From Nanoarchaeales archaeon (lineage in GTDB: Archaea; Nanobdellota; Nanobdellia; Woesearchaeales; UBA583), in contig JABSQY010000005.1 in assembly GCA_013215525.1 (NCBI GenBank), forward strand, positions 1-50,375: a stretch of DNA of 50,375 nt, written 5' to 3'. Both the position numbers and the translations under genes were made by a program. Shown piece after piece: positions 30,401-39,376 of the stretch (position 1 is the first letter of the stretch; each line of letters opens with the position of its first letter). The notes under the pieces were generated by a model. The model was not told the origin of the DNA, ran no database searches, and was given only the letters and a program-made list of their open reading frames with translations.

Positions 30401-30874
30401 ATGAGACGTGACACGTTAACTGGATATTTAATTGTACTTGTCGGAGATGATAATGATTTATTTCGAGATGAGATTTCAAATTTAGGAATTGCTAATTTAA
30501 TTTTTGATACAACTGCAATACCAACACAACAATTAGTTGATGAAAAAAAATATAGGTTTGTAACACCTGAATTATTTAAAGAAAAATATTTCACAGAGGA
30601 TTATTTATTTAAATGGGATACAGTGCAAGGTTCTTTTGGAATATTTAAAAATACTGTGTACAATGCATTACGTAAAGGACAACATTTAGTTTGTTCTTTA
30701 AGTTTTGATAATGTTATTGGATTTATTAATAACCGAAAAGTTCCAAAGAAAAATTATATTTTAATTAATTGTACAAATAGTGGAGAAATTCCAAAAGGTT
30801 TTGATGAATATTCTTTTGATTTTACTACGTCAAACATTGATGAAATTTGTAAAATTGTTAAAAGACATATTTAA
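30401..30874 (+). CDS. Degenerate guanylate kinase-like protein lacking a P-loop
   Basis: G.LIVLVG, DTT.IP, KYRFVT.ELF, YLFKW..VQG.FG, V.NALRKG..LV match the Gmk pattern; no GxxGxGK. Confidence 0.6.
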   Translation: MRRDTLTGYLIVLVGDDNDLFRDEISNLGIANLIFDTTAIPTQQLVDEKKYRFVTPELFKEKYFTEDYLFKWDTVQGSFGIFKNTVYNALRKGQHLVCSLSFDNVIGFINNRKVPKKNYILINCTNSGEIPKGFDEYSFDFTTSNIDEICKIVKRHI

Positions 30875-30956
30875 TTCATATTTTATTCTGTTTAATATTG
30901 TATGATTTAGTTTTATTAGAGTTAAGTTTATATATTATAAATACTATATTCTATTT

Positions 30957-31403
30957 ATGGTAAAAAAAGAAAATATTAAATCTACTACGCCAAAGAAGAA
31001 AAAAGGGTTTCAAGTTTTTATTTGGAATTCTAAAATCCATAATGCATTTATTGTGTTACTTGTGGTTTGTGTGTTTTTGTTATTTGGAGCTATGAAAGTA
31101 CAAACACTGTATATTCATCAATTAAAGACTGACATTATGTCAGATAGAAGTGAAGCTTTTGATTATGAGTATGATGTGATGCTTGCTGAGGATTTTTTAG
31201 AAAAAACAGAACTTGATTCTTTAAGTATTGCTGGTATGGTTAAATATTATACAGATAATAATTATGAAGATATTTATTATAATGCCGGATATGTTGAAGC
31301 TACTCTTGATCAATGTGGTGATAAAGGTTGCTTTAGAGTTACATACAGATATAATCAAAATAAGGGATTATATATTGATGTGTTACAGAAAAGAATTAAA
31401 TAA
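30957..31403 (+). CDS. Hypothetical single-pass membrane protein
   Basis: Basic N-terminus, one TM helix, TATA box upstream. Confidence 0.65.
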   Translation: MVKKENIKSTTPKKKKGFQVFIWNSKIHNAFIVLLVVCVFLLFGAMKVQTLYIHQLKTDIMSDRSEAFDYEYDVMLAEDFLEKTELDSLSIAGMVKYYTDNNYEDIYYNAGYVEATLDQCGDKGCFRVTYRYNQNKGLYIDVLQKRIK

Positions 31404-31452
31404 TTCTTTTTATTTTTATTATTTTATAGTTTTAATTCTCTATAATTTTAAA

Positions 31453-32640
31453 TTAAAGTTCTTCTCTTAGTTTTCCTAAATAAATTGCGGACACAATTCC
31501 TATTGCTAATAAAACTGAAAATACTTGTTTTGAATCTCCAAAAAAGTATAATACTATTAATAAAATCGTTCCCATAATTACTTTTGCACTATGAATTCCT
31601 AATTCTCTTAATATTACATAATCCATTGGATTTACATTTTTTGCGTTATTATAAAATATTGACATAAAAGTTATTCCAAATACTGAATTTGTAAGTTTTG
31701 TAATTGTTTCAACTATATAGATTAAAATTCCACTAAATGTTAATACTAATATTCTTAGTATCCAGCCAAAGGATTTTAATTTAGATGTTTTTGTTAATAT
31801 TGATCTTTTTGGATGATTGTCAATATATTTTTTAAAGTATACCATTAAAAAAACACTAACTATTGATACAAAGGAAAATAAACTTCCTAAACTTAAAAAG
31901 TTATTTGATAATAATGTATATAACAAAATTGGCCAAAATCCCATATTTAAAAACCCTTCAATTCCTTCTGCAAAAAATGCTTTAAATGGTGTTTTAAATC
32001 TTGGCGTTTTATATAATCTTATATAATCTGAATATTTATATTTATGATTTTTAATTTTTAAATCCTCTGCAAATAATAATGGGATAGATCCGATTATAAT
32101 GATTATTAGAGATAATATTAATAATGAAGTTAATGATACAAATTCTAAATAATATCCACCAATTAGTGGCGCTAGCGCTGATACAATAGTAATTATTATT
32201 TGTAGAGTTCCGATTTGACTAGCTGAATGTTTTTTGTTTGAGTTTGCAATAATTTCAGAGTGCATTGCTGGCCAGAAAATTGCCATATGTAGTCCATAAG
32301 ATAACCAAGATATGTGAAATATTATTAAACTTGTATCAATGTAGTTTAGTGTTGCGATGTGAAATAGATATACTGGTACGCTTAATAAAAGAGAATATTT
32401 GAATCAGATTTTATTTATTATTTTACTTGTGTGTGGGATTAATACTAAGTAACTAAATGATATTGCAATTATAAAAAATATTACATATGAAAATGAATAT
32501 CCTAAAGAGTATATGTATACTGGCGCAAATATTCCAATTAATGATTTTACAAATGTTAGTAATGCTTGAAAAATATATAACTTTGACATTTTATCATGGA
32601 GAAGTTTATGAGTTAATGTCTCGTGTTCGTGGTGTAACAT
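31453..32640 (-). pseudogene. MFS transporter paralog 1, interrupted by one in-frame TGA (32404-32406); pseudogene or readthrough
   Basis: ORFs 32404-32640 and 31453-32286 are in one frame (396 codons); IINKI*FKYSLLLS aligns to IINKIGMKYTLLLS of the paralogs. Confidence 0.85.
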
Positions 32641-32713
32641 AATATTTTTTAATTTTTTTTGTTTTTAAGAATTAGTCATTTATATATAAAAAAACTTTTA
32701 GTTTTTTAATAAA

Positions 32714-32800
32714 TCATTTCCAAACCAATAGTTTGGTAAATTGAAATTCACAAACTCCAATGGATTTTGGAATATACTGAAATTAAAAATTTCAGTATAC
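32714..32800. repeat. ~88-bp multi-hairpin repeat unit, copy 1 (contains the stop codon of MFS paralog 2)
   Basis: Near-identical to 34101-34187; hairpins CCAAAC/GTTTGG, TCCAA/TTGGA, TGAAATT/AATTTCA. Confidence 0.85.
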
Positions 32801-33988
32801 TTCGTTCTCAATAATTGAATTTAAACCTATTGATGATATAATTCCAATTAGTACTAATAATGTTAAATTTGAAAAACTATTTTCTATAAATGATAAGATT
32901 ATAATTAATATAAAACAAAAAATAACTTTTGCCCCATGTAAATATAATACTCTTGTAAGTAATGCTTCTATAAAATTTTTACTGTTTGTGTTATTATAAA
33001 AAATTGATGTGAGTGTCATTGTTGAGATATTTGAGATTAGTTTTGAAATACTTTCAACTACATATAAAAATATTCCTCCAATTGTTATAAAAAATATTCT
33101 TGATAACCAACCTAGAGATTGAATTCTTGATGCGATTTTTAGTACTTTTTTTTTAGAGTGTTTATCAATATATGATTTTAATTTGATTAACACAAAGATT
33201 GTAACTATTGATAATCCAGTATACATTAATCCTAAACTTGCAAAGTTATTATTTAAAAATATATAAAGTATAATTGGCCATAAAAATACTGAAAGTGTAA
33301 CTTCAATTCCTTCACACATTTGTGTAATTTTAGTTTTTCTGTTTGTTTTTTTTTTAATTAATTTTAAGTAATCTTTATGATGAAAGTTAATTTTTGGAAT
33401 TTTTGTATCTTTAGATAATAGTAATGGTAAATTAGAAACAACTAAAAAAAATGTTGTAAAGATTAATAATTTATTATATGTTAAGTATTCTAAAAAAATT
33501 CCTCCAATTACTGGTCCAATTGTTGTAAGTATTGTTGAAATTATTTGAAGAGTTCCTAGTTCGTTTCCTCTTGATTTTCTACTTCCATTATTTATTACTT
33601 CACATCTAAATGTAAACCAAAATAGTGCGATATAAAATCCTCTTGATAACCAAAGTATATGAAAAAAAATTGGATGAGTTGTGATGTATTGTAATGATAA
33701 TAATTGTATGAAAAAAAATGGTGAACTTAATAATAATGTATATTTCATTCCAATTTTATTTATTATATATACAATCGCAGGCGCTATAATTATGAAAGTT
33801 AAAGAGATTCCTAATGCAAATAATAAAATCATACTTATGCTGAATCCCAAAGAGTAAAGGTATACTGACATAAATATACTTACAAGTGAACTTACAAATG
33901 ATGTTAGTGCTTGATATATGTAGAGTTTTGACATTTTTGAATGCAGAAGAGTGTGTGTTAGTTCTTGCATTGCTGGTGAGTGTAACAT
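32792..33988 (-). CDS. MFS transporter paralog 2
   Basis: ~12 hydrophobic segments, RGNELGTLQ..GPVIGG MFS motif. Confidence 0.88.
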   Translation of the reverse strand: MLHSPAMQELTHTLLHSKMSKLYIYQALTSFVSSLVSIFMSVYLYSLGFSISMILLFALGISLTFIIIAPAIVYIINKIGMKYTLLLSSPFFFIQLLSLQYITTHPIFFHILWLSRGFYIALFWFTFRCEVINNGSRKSRGNELGTLQIISTILTTIGPVIGGIFLEYLTYNKLLIFTTFFLVVSNLPLLLSKDTKIPKINFHHKDYLKLIKKKTNRKTKITQMCEGIEVTLSVFLWPIILYIFLNNNFASLGLMYTGLSIVTIFVLIKLKSYIDKHSKKKVLKIASRIQSLGWLSRIFFITIGGIFLYVVESISKLISNISTMTLTSIFYNNTNSKNFIEALLTRVLYLHGAKVIFCFILIIILSFIENSFSNLTLLVLIGIISSIGLNSIIENEVY

Positions 33989-34046
33989 AATTATTTTTAC
34001 TTTTAATTGTTTTTAATAGTTTAGAATTATTTTATTATAAAACTTA

Positions 34047-34187
34047 TCACAAACTCCAATGGATTTTGGAATATATTGAAATTAAAAATTTCAACTAAAC
34101 TCATTTCCAAACCAATTGTTTGGTAAATTGAGATTCACAAACTCCAATGGATTTTGGAATATATTGAAATTAAAAATTTCAATATAT
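34047..34187. repeat. 88-bp-period repeat: partial copy (34047-34094) plus full copy (34101-34187)
   Basis: tcacaaactccaatggattttggaatatattgaaattaaaaatttcaa occurs at 34047 and 34135. Confidence 0.85.
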
Positions 34188-35375
34188 TTCGTTTTCAACA
34201 ATTGAATTTAATCCAATTGATGATACCATTCCTATAAATAATATTATTGTTAAGTTTGAAAAGTTTTCTTCAATCATTAATAATATTATTATTAATATTA
34301 TACTTAATATTATTTTTGTTCCGTGCATATATATTGTTCTTGTTAAAAGTGCGCGCATAAAGTTTTGACTATTTGTGTTATTATAAAATATTGATGTGAG
34401 TGTAATTGTTACAATGTTTGTGATTAAGTTTGCAAAAGTTTCGATTAGAAATAAGAATACACTTCCAAAAATAGTTAATATTGCTCTTAGATACCAACTT
34501 ATTGATAACATCTTTGAAGCTTTTTCTAGTACTTTTTTTTTAGATATTTTATCTATATATTTTTTAACTTTAAATAATGCAACTACAGTAATTAGTGAGA
34601 TTATTGTATATAATAATCCTAATACTGCAAAGTTTTCTTTTACAAATACAAAAATAATTATTGGCCAAATAAATGTAGATAATAATAATTCAACACCTTC
34701 TGCAACGTGTGAGATTTTACTTTGTTTATTAGTTTTTTTTCTAATTAAATCAATATAGTCTGAATGTTTAAATTTAATTTTTAAAAGTTTAATGTCTTCA
34801 GATATCATAAGAGGAACATTTGATAGTATTAATAGAAAAGTTCCAATTATTAAAAGGTTCCAATAACTTACATATTCTAAAAAGACTCCACCAATTATTG
34901 GAGCGACTGCGGTTAGTAATACTACAATTGTTTGTAATGTTCCTATTTGCTTTGTTCTATTTTCTCTACTTGAATTCATTATTACTTCTGCTTTAAATGA
35001 TATCCAAAATAGTGACATATAGATTCCTTGCGAAAGCCATAAAATGTGAAAAAATAACATGTTTTGAGTTATGTATTGTAATGATATTAAGTAGATAATG
35101 TAGAATGGTGTACTTAATAATAATGTATATTTTAGTCCAATTTTATTTATTATAGAAATTACAAGTGGCGCAGTTATTATGTATGTTGAAGAAATTCCAA
35201 TCGCGTATAATAGAATTAATATTATACTAAAATTGTTATGGTATAAATATACTGGAACAAAAATTCCTACAAGAGATGTTACAAATGCTACGAGCGCTCT
35301 GAAAAAATAAAGTTTTGTCATTTTATTTTTTAAGAGAGTTTCGTGTAGTAGATGTATGTGGGAATTGTGTAGCAT
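34179..35375 (-). CDS. MFS transporter paralog 3
   Basis: 398 aa, colinear with paralog 2, APIIGG motif. Confidence 0.88.
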   Translation of the reverse strand: MLHNSHIHLLHETLLKNKMTKLYFFRALVAFVTSLVGIFVPVYLYHNNFSIILILLYAIGISSTYIITAPLVISIINKIGLKYTLLLSTPFYIIYLISLQYITQNMLFFHILWLSQGIYMSLFWISFKAEVIMNSSRENRTKQIGTLQTIVVLLTAVAPIIGGVFLEYVSYWNLLIIGTFLLILSNVPLMISEDIKLLKIKFKHSDYIDLIRKKTNKQSKISHVAEGVELLLSTFIWPIIIFVFVKENFAVLGLLYTIISLITVVALFKVKKYIDKISKKKVLEKASKMLSISWYLRAILTIFGSVFLFLIETFANLITNIVTITLTSIFYNNTNSQNFMRALLTRTIYMHGTKIILSIILIIILLMIEENFSNLTIILFIGMVSSIGLNSIVENEIY

Positions 35376-35494
35376 ATATTTACAAAATTTTATTTTTATA
35401 TATCTTTTTAATTTTTATTAAAATGACAACTGTAAGGTTGCAATTTCCAATTAAAATTAATAAAGTATTTAAAGTATAATTAGATTATATTAGT

Positions 35495-35839
35495 ATGGTA
35501 GATTTTAGTAAAATTATGCATCATTTTCATATTAGGAAAAGGGTACATCAAAAATTGGAAAAGTTTCCAAGTACAGATTCTAAAAAAAGATTTTTAGATA
35601 AAATTATTTATTTTGTTGGAGTTTCAGGTCCAATTATGACAATCCCTCAAGTGTGGGAGATTTATTCTAAACATGATGCGACTGGAGTTAGTTTAGTGTC
35701 ATGGGGTTGGTATTTGGCGACTGCTTTTGTGTGGTTAACTTATGCAATTGTTCATAAAGAGAAACCGTTAATTATGACTTATGCGTTATGGATTTTAATT
35801 GAAATAGTTTTAGTAGTAGGGATAGTTTTATATTCTTAA
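35495..35839 (+). CDS. PQ-loop / SemiSWEET family transporter
   Basis: TIPQVWEIY..ATGVSLVSW, 3 TM helices, His-rich N-terminus. Confidence 0.82.
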   Translation: MVDFSKIMHHFHIRKRVHQKLEKFPSTDSKKRFLDKIIYFVGVSGPIMTIPQVWEIYSKHDATGVSLVSWGWYLATAFVWLTYAIVHKEKPLIMTYALWILIEIVLVVGIVLYS

Positions 35840-35870
35840 TTTTTTTATTTTTAATAATTTTTTAATATTT

Positions 35871-36025
35871 TTTCTCGCTGTGCGAAGTTTCCATATTGTG
35901 CCACTAGTACTATTTTTTAGTAGGTTGGCGAGATATAGATTCTACACCACCATACAAAAAAACTGCACTATTGACAAAATCTGAAAACGAAATTAAAATT
36001 AATCTAAAGTTAGCTATCGCTATGT
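35871..36025 (-). repeat. Structured intergenic repeat, copy 1 (long hairpin 35887-35998)
   Basis: Shares GTTTCCA...AAATCTGAAAACGAA frame with copies 2 and 3, and inner stem gtaggttggcgagatatagattctac.ccacc.tacaaaaa with copy 3. Confidence 0.8.
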
Positions 36026-36069
36026 TTTTATTTATTTTTTAAAAATTAGTTTTGTAAAATATATTATTT

Positions 36070-37026
36070 TTATTTTACAAGTTTAAGTTTATTACATAAA
36101 CTTTTCAAATCGCTTGTTAATGGTGCTACGAATTTGTGTTCTTTTCCATCGTATTCAAACTCTAATGTTTGCGCGTGTAGGAATTGTCTTTTTAAACTAT
36201 TTTCAAATACTTTGTTAATGTAATTATTACCATACATTTTGTCAGCAATGATTGGATGTCCGATTGATTTCATGTGTACTCTGATTTGATGTGTTAGTCC
36301 AGTTTCGATTTGAATCTCTACCATTGTTACTGTTTCTTCTTTGAATTCGTATTGGTCAATTACTTTGTAGTGTGATACAGATTTTTTTCCACCAGTTGGT
36401 ACAATTTTCATCTTTTCTTTCATTCCTTGTTCGTTTCTTTCCATTTGAACTTCAATAGTTCCTTCTGGATTGTCGAATTGTCCATCACATAATGCTAAAT
36501 ATTTTTTTGTAACTTTTCTTTCAGCGAATATCTTATTTAATTCTCGAAGTGTGATTTGGTTTTTTGCGCAAACTAAAACTCCTGATGTGTCTTTGTCTAG
36601 TCTGTGTACGTGGAAGTAATTAAAATCTTTAATGTCTCCTTTTTTATTTTTTAAGTATTGTAGGTGTAGTGATAATGATGTGTCGTTGTCTTGAGCTCCT
36701 TGAACTACAACACCTGCCTGCTTGTTTAGGATTAATAAATTTTGATCTTCATATATTGTATCAATTCCTAAATTTTTAGCTTCTTGGTTTTCTTCTGTGT
36801 TTACAGTTTGGTTTGCGCTTCTTAATTCAATGTCATCAAGCCAGCACTTTAACACGTCACCAGTTTTTAATTTAACTTCTCCTTTGATTTTTTTACCGTT
36901 TATTGTTAATCTTTTTTCTTTGATTAGGCGGTGTACCTTAGTGAATGGTACGTCTATCATTTTCTTTATGTAGCCCTTTGGGGATACTCCTTCGTAGTCT
37001 TTTGTTATTGTTATTTCGAATGCCAT
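36070..37026 (-). CDS. RluA/RluC/RluD-family pseudouridine synthase with S4 domain
   Basis: LNKQAGVVVQ, VHRLDKDTSG, TGLTHQIRVH..IGHPIIADKMYG, QFLHA. Confidence 0.94.
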   Translation of the reverse strand: MAFEITITKDYEGVSPKGYIKKMIDVPFTKVHRLIKEKRLTINGKKIKGEVKLKTGDVLKCWLDDIELRSANQTVNTEENQEAKNLGIDTIYEDQNLLILNKQAGVVVQGAQDNDTSLSLHLQYLKNKKGDIKDFNYFHVHRLDKDTSGVLVCAKNQITLRELNKIFAERKVTKKYLALCDGQFDNPEGTIEVQMERNEQGMKEKMKIVPTGGKKSVSHYKVIDQYEFKEETVTMVEIQIETGLTHQIRVHMKSIGHPIIADKMYGNNYINKVFENSLKRQFLHAQTLEFEYDGKEHKFVAPLTSDLKSLCNKLKLVK

Positions 37027-37102
37027 TTTTATTATTGTTTAAGATTATCTTTGATAATCTTGCTATATATTAAAAAGAATACTTTTATGTTTAAAAGTGT
37101 GG

Positions 37103-37292
37103 TGTTTTTATGTTTTGCTCCTTGCTTTGCAGAGTTTCCATATTTGTACTATAGCACTAAAATTAAGACACAATTCGATATAGCAATGCTATTAATCGAG
37201 TGTCTGAATTTCAGCACTCTAGCACAAATCTGAAAACGAAGTTTTAATTGAGGCGAAAATTGGCTTCGCGTGTATATCTGCCTTTTTGTTTT
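37103..37292 (-). repeat. Structured intergenic repeat, copy 2 (hairpin 37134-37237)
   Basis: ttttgctcct...gagtttcca.atttg...GCAC...GCAC...caaatctgaaaacgaagttt..gaggcgaaaattggcttcgc..tctgcctttttgtt shared with copies 3 and 4. Confidence 0.88.
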
Positions 37293-38322
37293 ACTTAGTA
37301 TATATTTTCTTTTTCAGATTTTCATAGATTCCTTTTGTAAATTGTATCCAATTGTAATTTTTATCTTGAACTAATAAATCATAATGTATAATGTATTCTT
37401 CTGTATGTTTTTTGAATAATTCAATACTTGAATTTAATTCTTCTGGGTTTCTTGCGTTAAAATATAATATTAAATCGTAATCTCCAATAAAGTTTCCAGC
37501 ATAAAATATGTTTTGTAATTTTAAGAAAGGTTTCTTTAATATCTCATGTGGCGTGTTCTGTTTAATTCTTACTAATAAAAAATAAGTTACAAAACCTTGT
37601 TTTGATAAGTTTGGAATTGCTCCAAAATTAATTATTACTTTTTTTTCAATTAAATTTATAATTTTCTTTTTAACAGTATTTCTATCTATGTTTAATTCTC
37701 TACTTATGTTAATTAAAGACTCTTGTGGGTTTTGTGATAATATGTTTAATATCTCAATTTCTTTTAATGTTGGGTTATACTTTACAAAATCTTTTGATAC
37801 TGGAAAACTTTTTGTACATAATATATTACTAAATGAATGGTCTAGTTTTTTTTGAAACTTTGTATTTAAATTTAGAATTGGATTTAATTGCGTAAACTCT
37901 AAATCTGATAAATGCGTTAATATAATATATTCTTTTATTTTATTTTCACATAATTCAAATAGTTCTTCACGGATTTTATTTAAATGAAAACTATCTGTTG
38001 CATCTAGTATTATTTGTAAATCATATCTTCCAATAAATGAATTTGTCCACATAACATATTTATGTTTTGAAATTAGTTTAATTATGTCTTGCTTATTTTT
38101 AACTCCAATATCAAATCTTAATAATATGTGGTATCTTGTAAATCCTAAAACTCTTGAATCTATAAATAAAATGTTTTGTTTGATGTGTTTTTGTTTAATT
38201 AAATTATTTATTTTGTATGAAATTGTATCTTTTGATAATTTTAATGCTTTTGCAATTGTTGTAGTTGGAATTCTACAATTTTGAGCATATATTTCCATGA
38301 TTTGTAGGTCTTTTTTATCCAT
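37291..38322 (-). CDS. Tandem (double) Lrp/AsnC-family transcriptional regulator
   Basis: Two HTH+RAM units: MDKKDLQIM..IAKALKLSKDT...GRYDL and EIEILNILSQN..ISRELNIDRNTV...GDYDL. Confidence 0.9.
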   Translation of the reverse strand: MDKKDLQIMEIYAQNCRIPTTTIAKALKLSKDTISYKINNLIKQKHIKQNILFIDSRVLGFTRYHILLRFDIGVKNKQDIIKLISKHKYVMWTNSFIGRYDLQIILDATDSFHLNKIREELFELCENKIKEYIILTHLSDLEFTQLNPILNLNTKFQKKLDHSFSNILCTKSFPVSKDFVKYNPTLKEIEILNILSQNPQESLINISRELNIDRNTVKKKIINLIEKKVIINFGAIPNLSKQGFVTYFLLVRIKQNTPHEILKKPFLKLQNIFYAGNFIGDYDLILYFNARNPEELNSSIELFKKHTEEYIIHYDLLVQDKNYNWIQFTKGIYENLKKKIYTK

Positions 38323-38417
38323 TATTAGAATATTGTTTATTATATTATATAAATATTCCTCATTTTGATTAAATATGATTAATTGGTTTCTTATATTGTT
38401 TAGTACTCTTATTATTT

Positions 38418-39086
38418 ATGGAAATACAAAAAAACTTAATTGGAACTGTTTTTAAGACTGGATATAATGTTTTTAATGAAAAAGGATGTGTTATTGTTGG
38501 ATTAAGTCAAGGGAATTCTTATTTTAAAGTTGACTTAATTAATAATTTGTTAAATTTTTGTAAAAATAATTTTTCTTTTGTAAATATTATGAATGCAGAT
38601 AAACCTTCTATTTATACATACTTAGCTTTAGGACATAGTTTAGAAAAATCTGTTAAAAAAGCAAATAAAAATGGAAAATTATTAACTAATCATTGTAATA
38701 AGTTTATATCAAAAAGTTTAAGTTCAAAATTTAATTTATTTGATTGGGGAGTTGAAATTGATTCAAATAAAATTTATCAAGATGAATTAAAGAGATTAAA
38801 AGTACTTTTTGAATCTAACTTAAAATTTAAAGATGATGTTTGTAATACTACAAAATCTGTTTTAGAAAATAAAATACTTGATGTTTCTAAATTAGATTTA
38901 GGAATTTCAATTGGTGTTAATTATTTATTATGTGAACTTGCTTTTTTGTCAGTTTCTTGTGACTTATTTGGGATAGATAAAATTGCTTATATTTATCATA
39001 ATAGGTGGGAGGTGTTTGAGAACTTTGTGAATGGTGTTTATGATGGGAAGATAAATAAACATATTGGTTTTATTATTGTTAGGTAG
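38418..39086 (+). CDS. tRNA-dependent cyclodipeptide synthase (CDPS, AlbC-like, NYH subfamily)
   Basis: VIVGLSQGNSYF (catalytic Ser, Asn), YTYLALG, YLLCELAFL (Tyr/Glu), YIYH (Tyr-His); 222 aa. Confidence 0.88.
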   Translation: MEIQKNLIGTVFKTGYNVFNEKGCVIVGLSQGNSYFKVDLINNLLNFCKNNFSFVNIMNADKPSIYTYLALGHSLEKSVKKANKNGKLLTNHCNKFISKSLSSKFNLFDWGVEIDSNKIYQDELKRLKVLFESNLKFKDDVCNTTKSVLENKILDVSKLDLGISIGVNYLLCELAFLSVSCDLFGIDKIAYIYHNRWEVFENFVNGVYDGKINKHIGFIIVR

Positions 39087-39090
39087 GCTT

Positions 39091-39300
39091 GTTTTTATTG
39101 TTTTGCTCCTCACTTTGTGGAGTTTCCACATTTGCACCAATGCACCAATTTTTTGTAGGTTGGCGAGATATAGATTCTACGCCACCGTACAAAAATTCGG
39201 CACCTTGATACAAATCTGAAAACGAAGTTTGATTTGAGGCGAAAATTGGCTTCGCTGTGTATGTCTGCCTTTTTGTTTTTGTTTATTCGAATATATTTAT
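39091..39300 (-). repeat. Structured intergenic repeat, copy 3 (hairpin 39122-39223)
   Basis: Most complete copy; shares the outer frame with copy 2, the inner stem with copy 1, and the tail ttttgtttattc.aa.atatt with copies 4 and 5. Confidence 0.88.
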
Positions 39301-39376
39301 AACTATCTAATTATATTCATTTTGTTTGACAAGTTTTATATTATCTTTCCTTTACTTTGAAATAAATATGTTCAAA

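Noticed and set aside
32714..34187. Possible CRISPR array from the repeated palindromic units
   Set aside because: Only ~2.5 copies, 88-bp period with no unique spacers, no cas genes in the window
39211..39230. Hammerhead ribozyme core (CTGA...GAAA)
   Set aside because: CTGAAAA does not fit CUGANGA and the three-stem junction is absent
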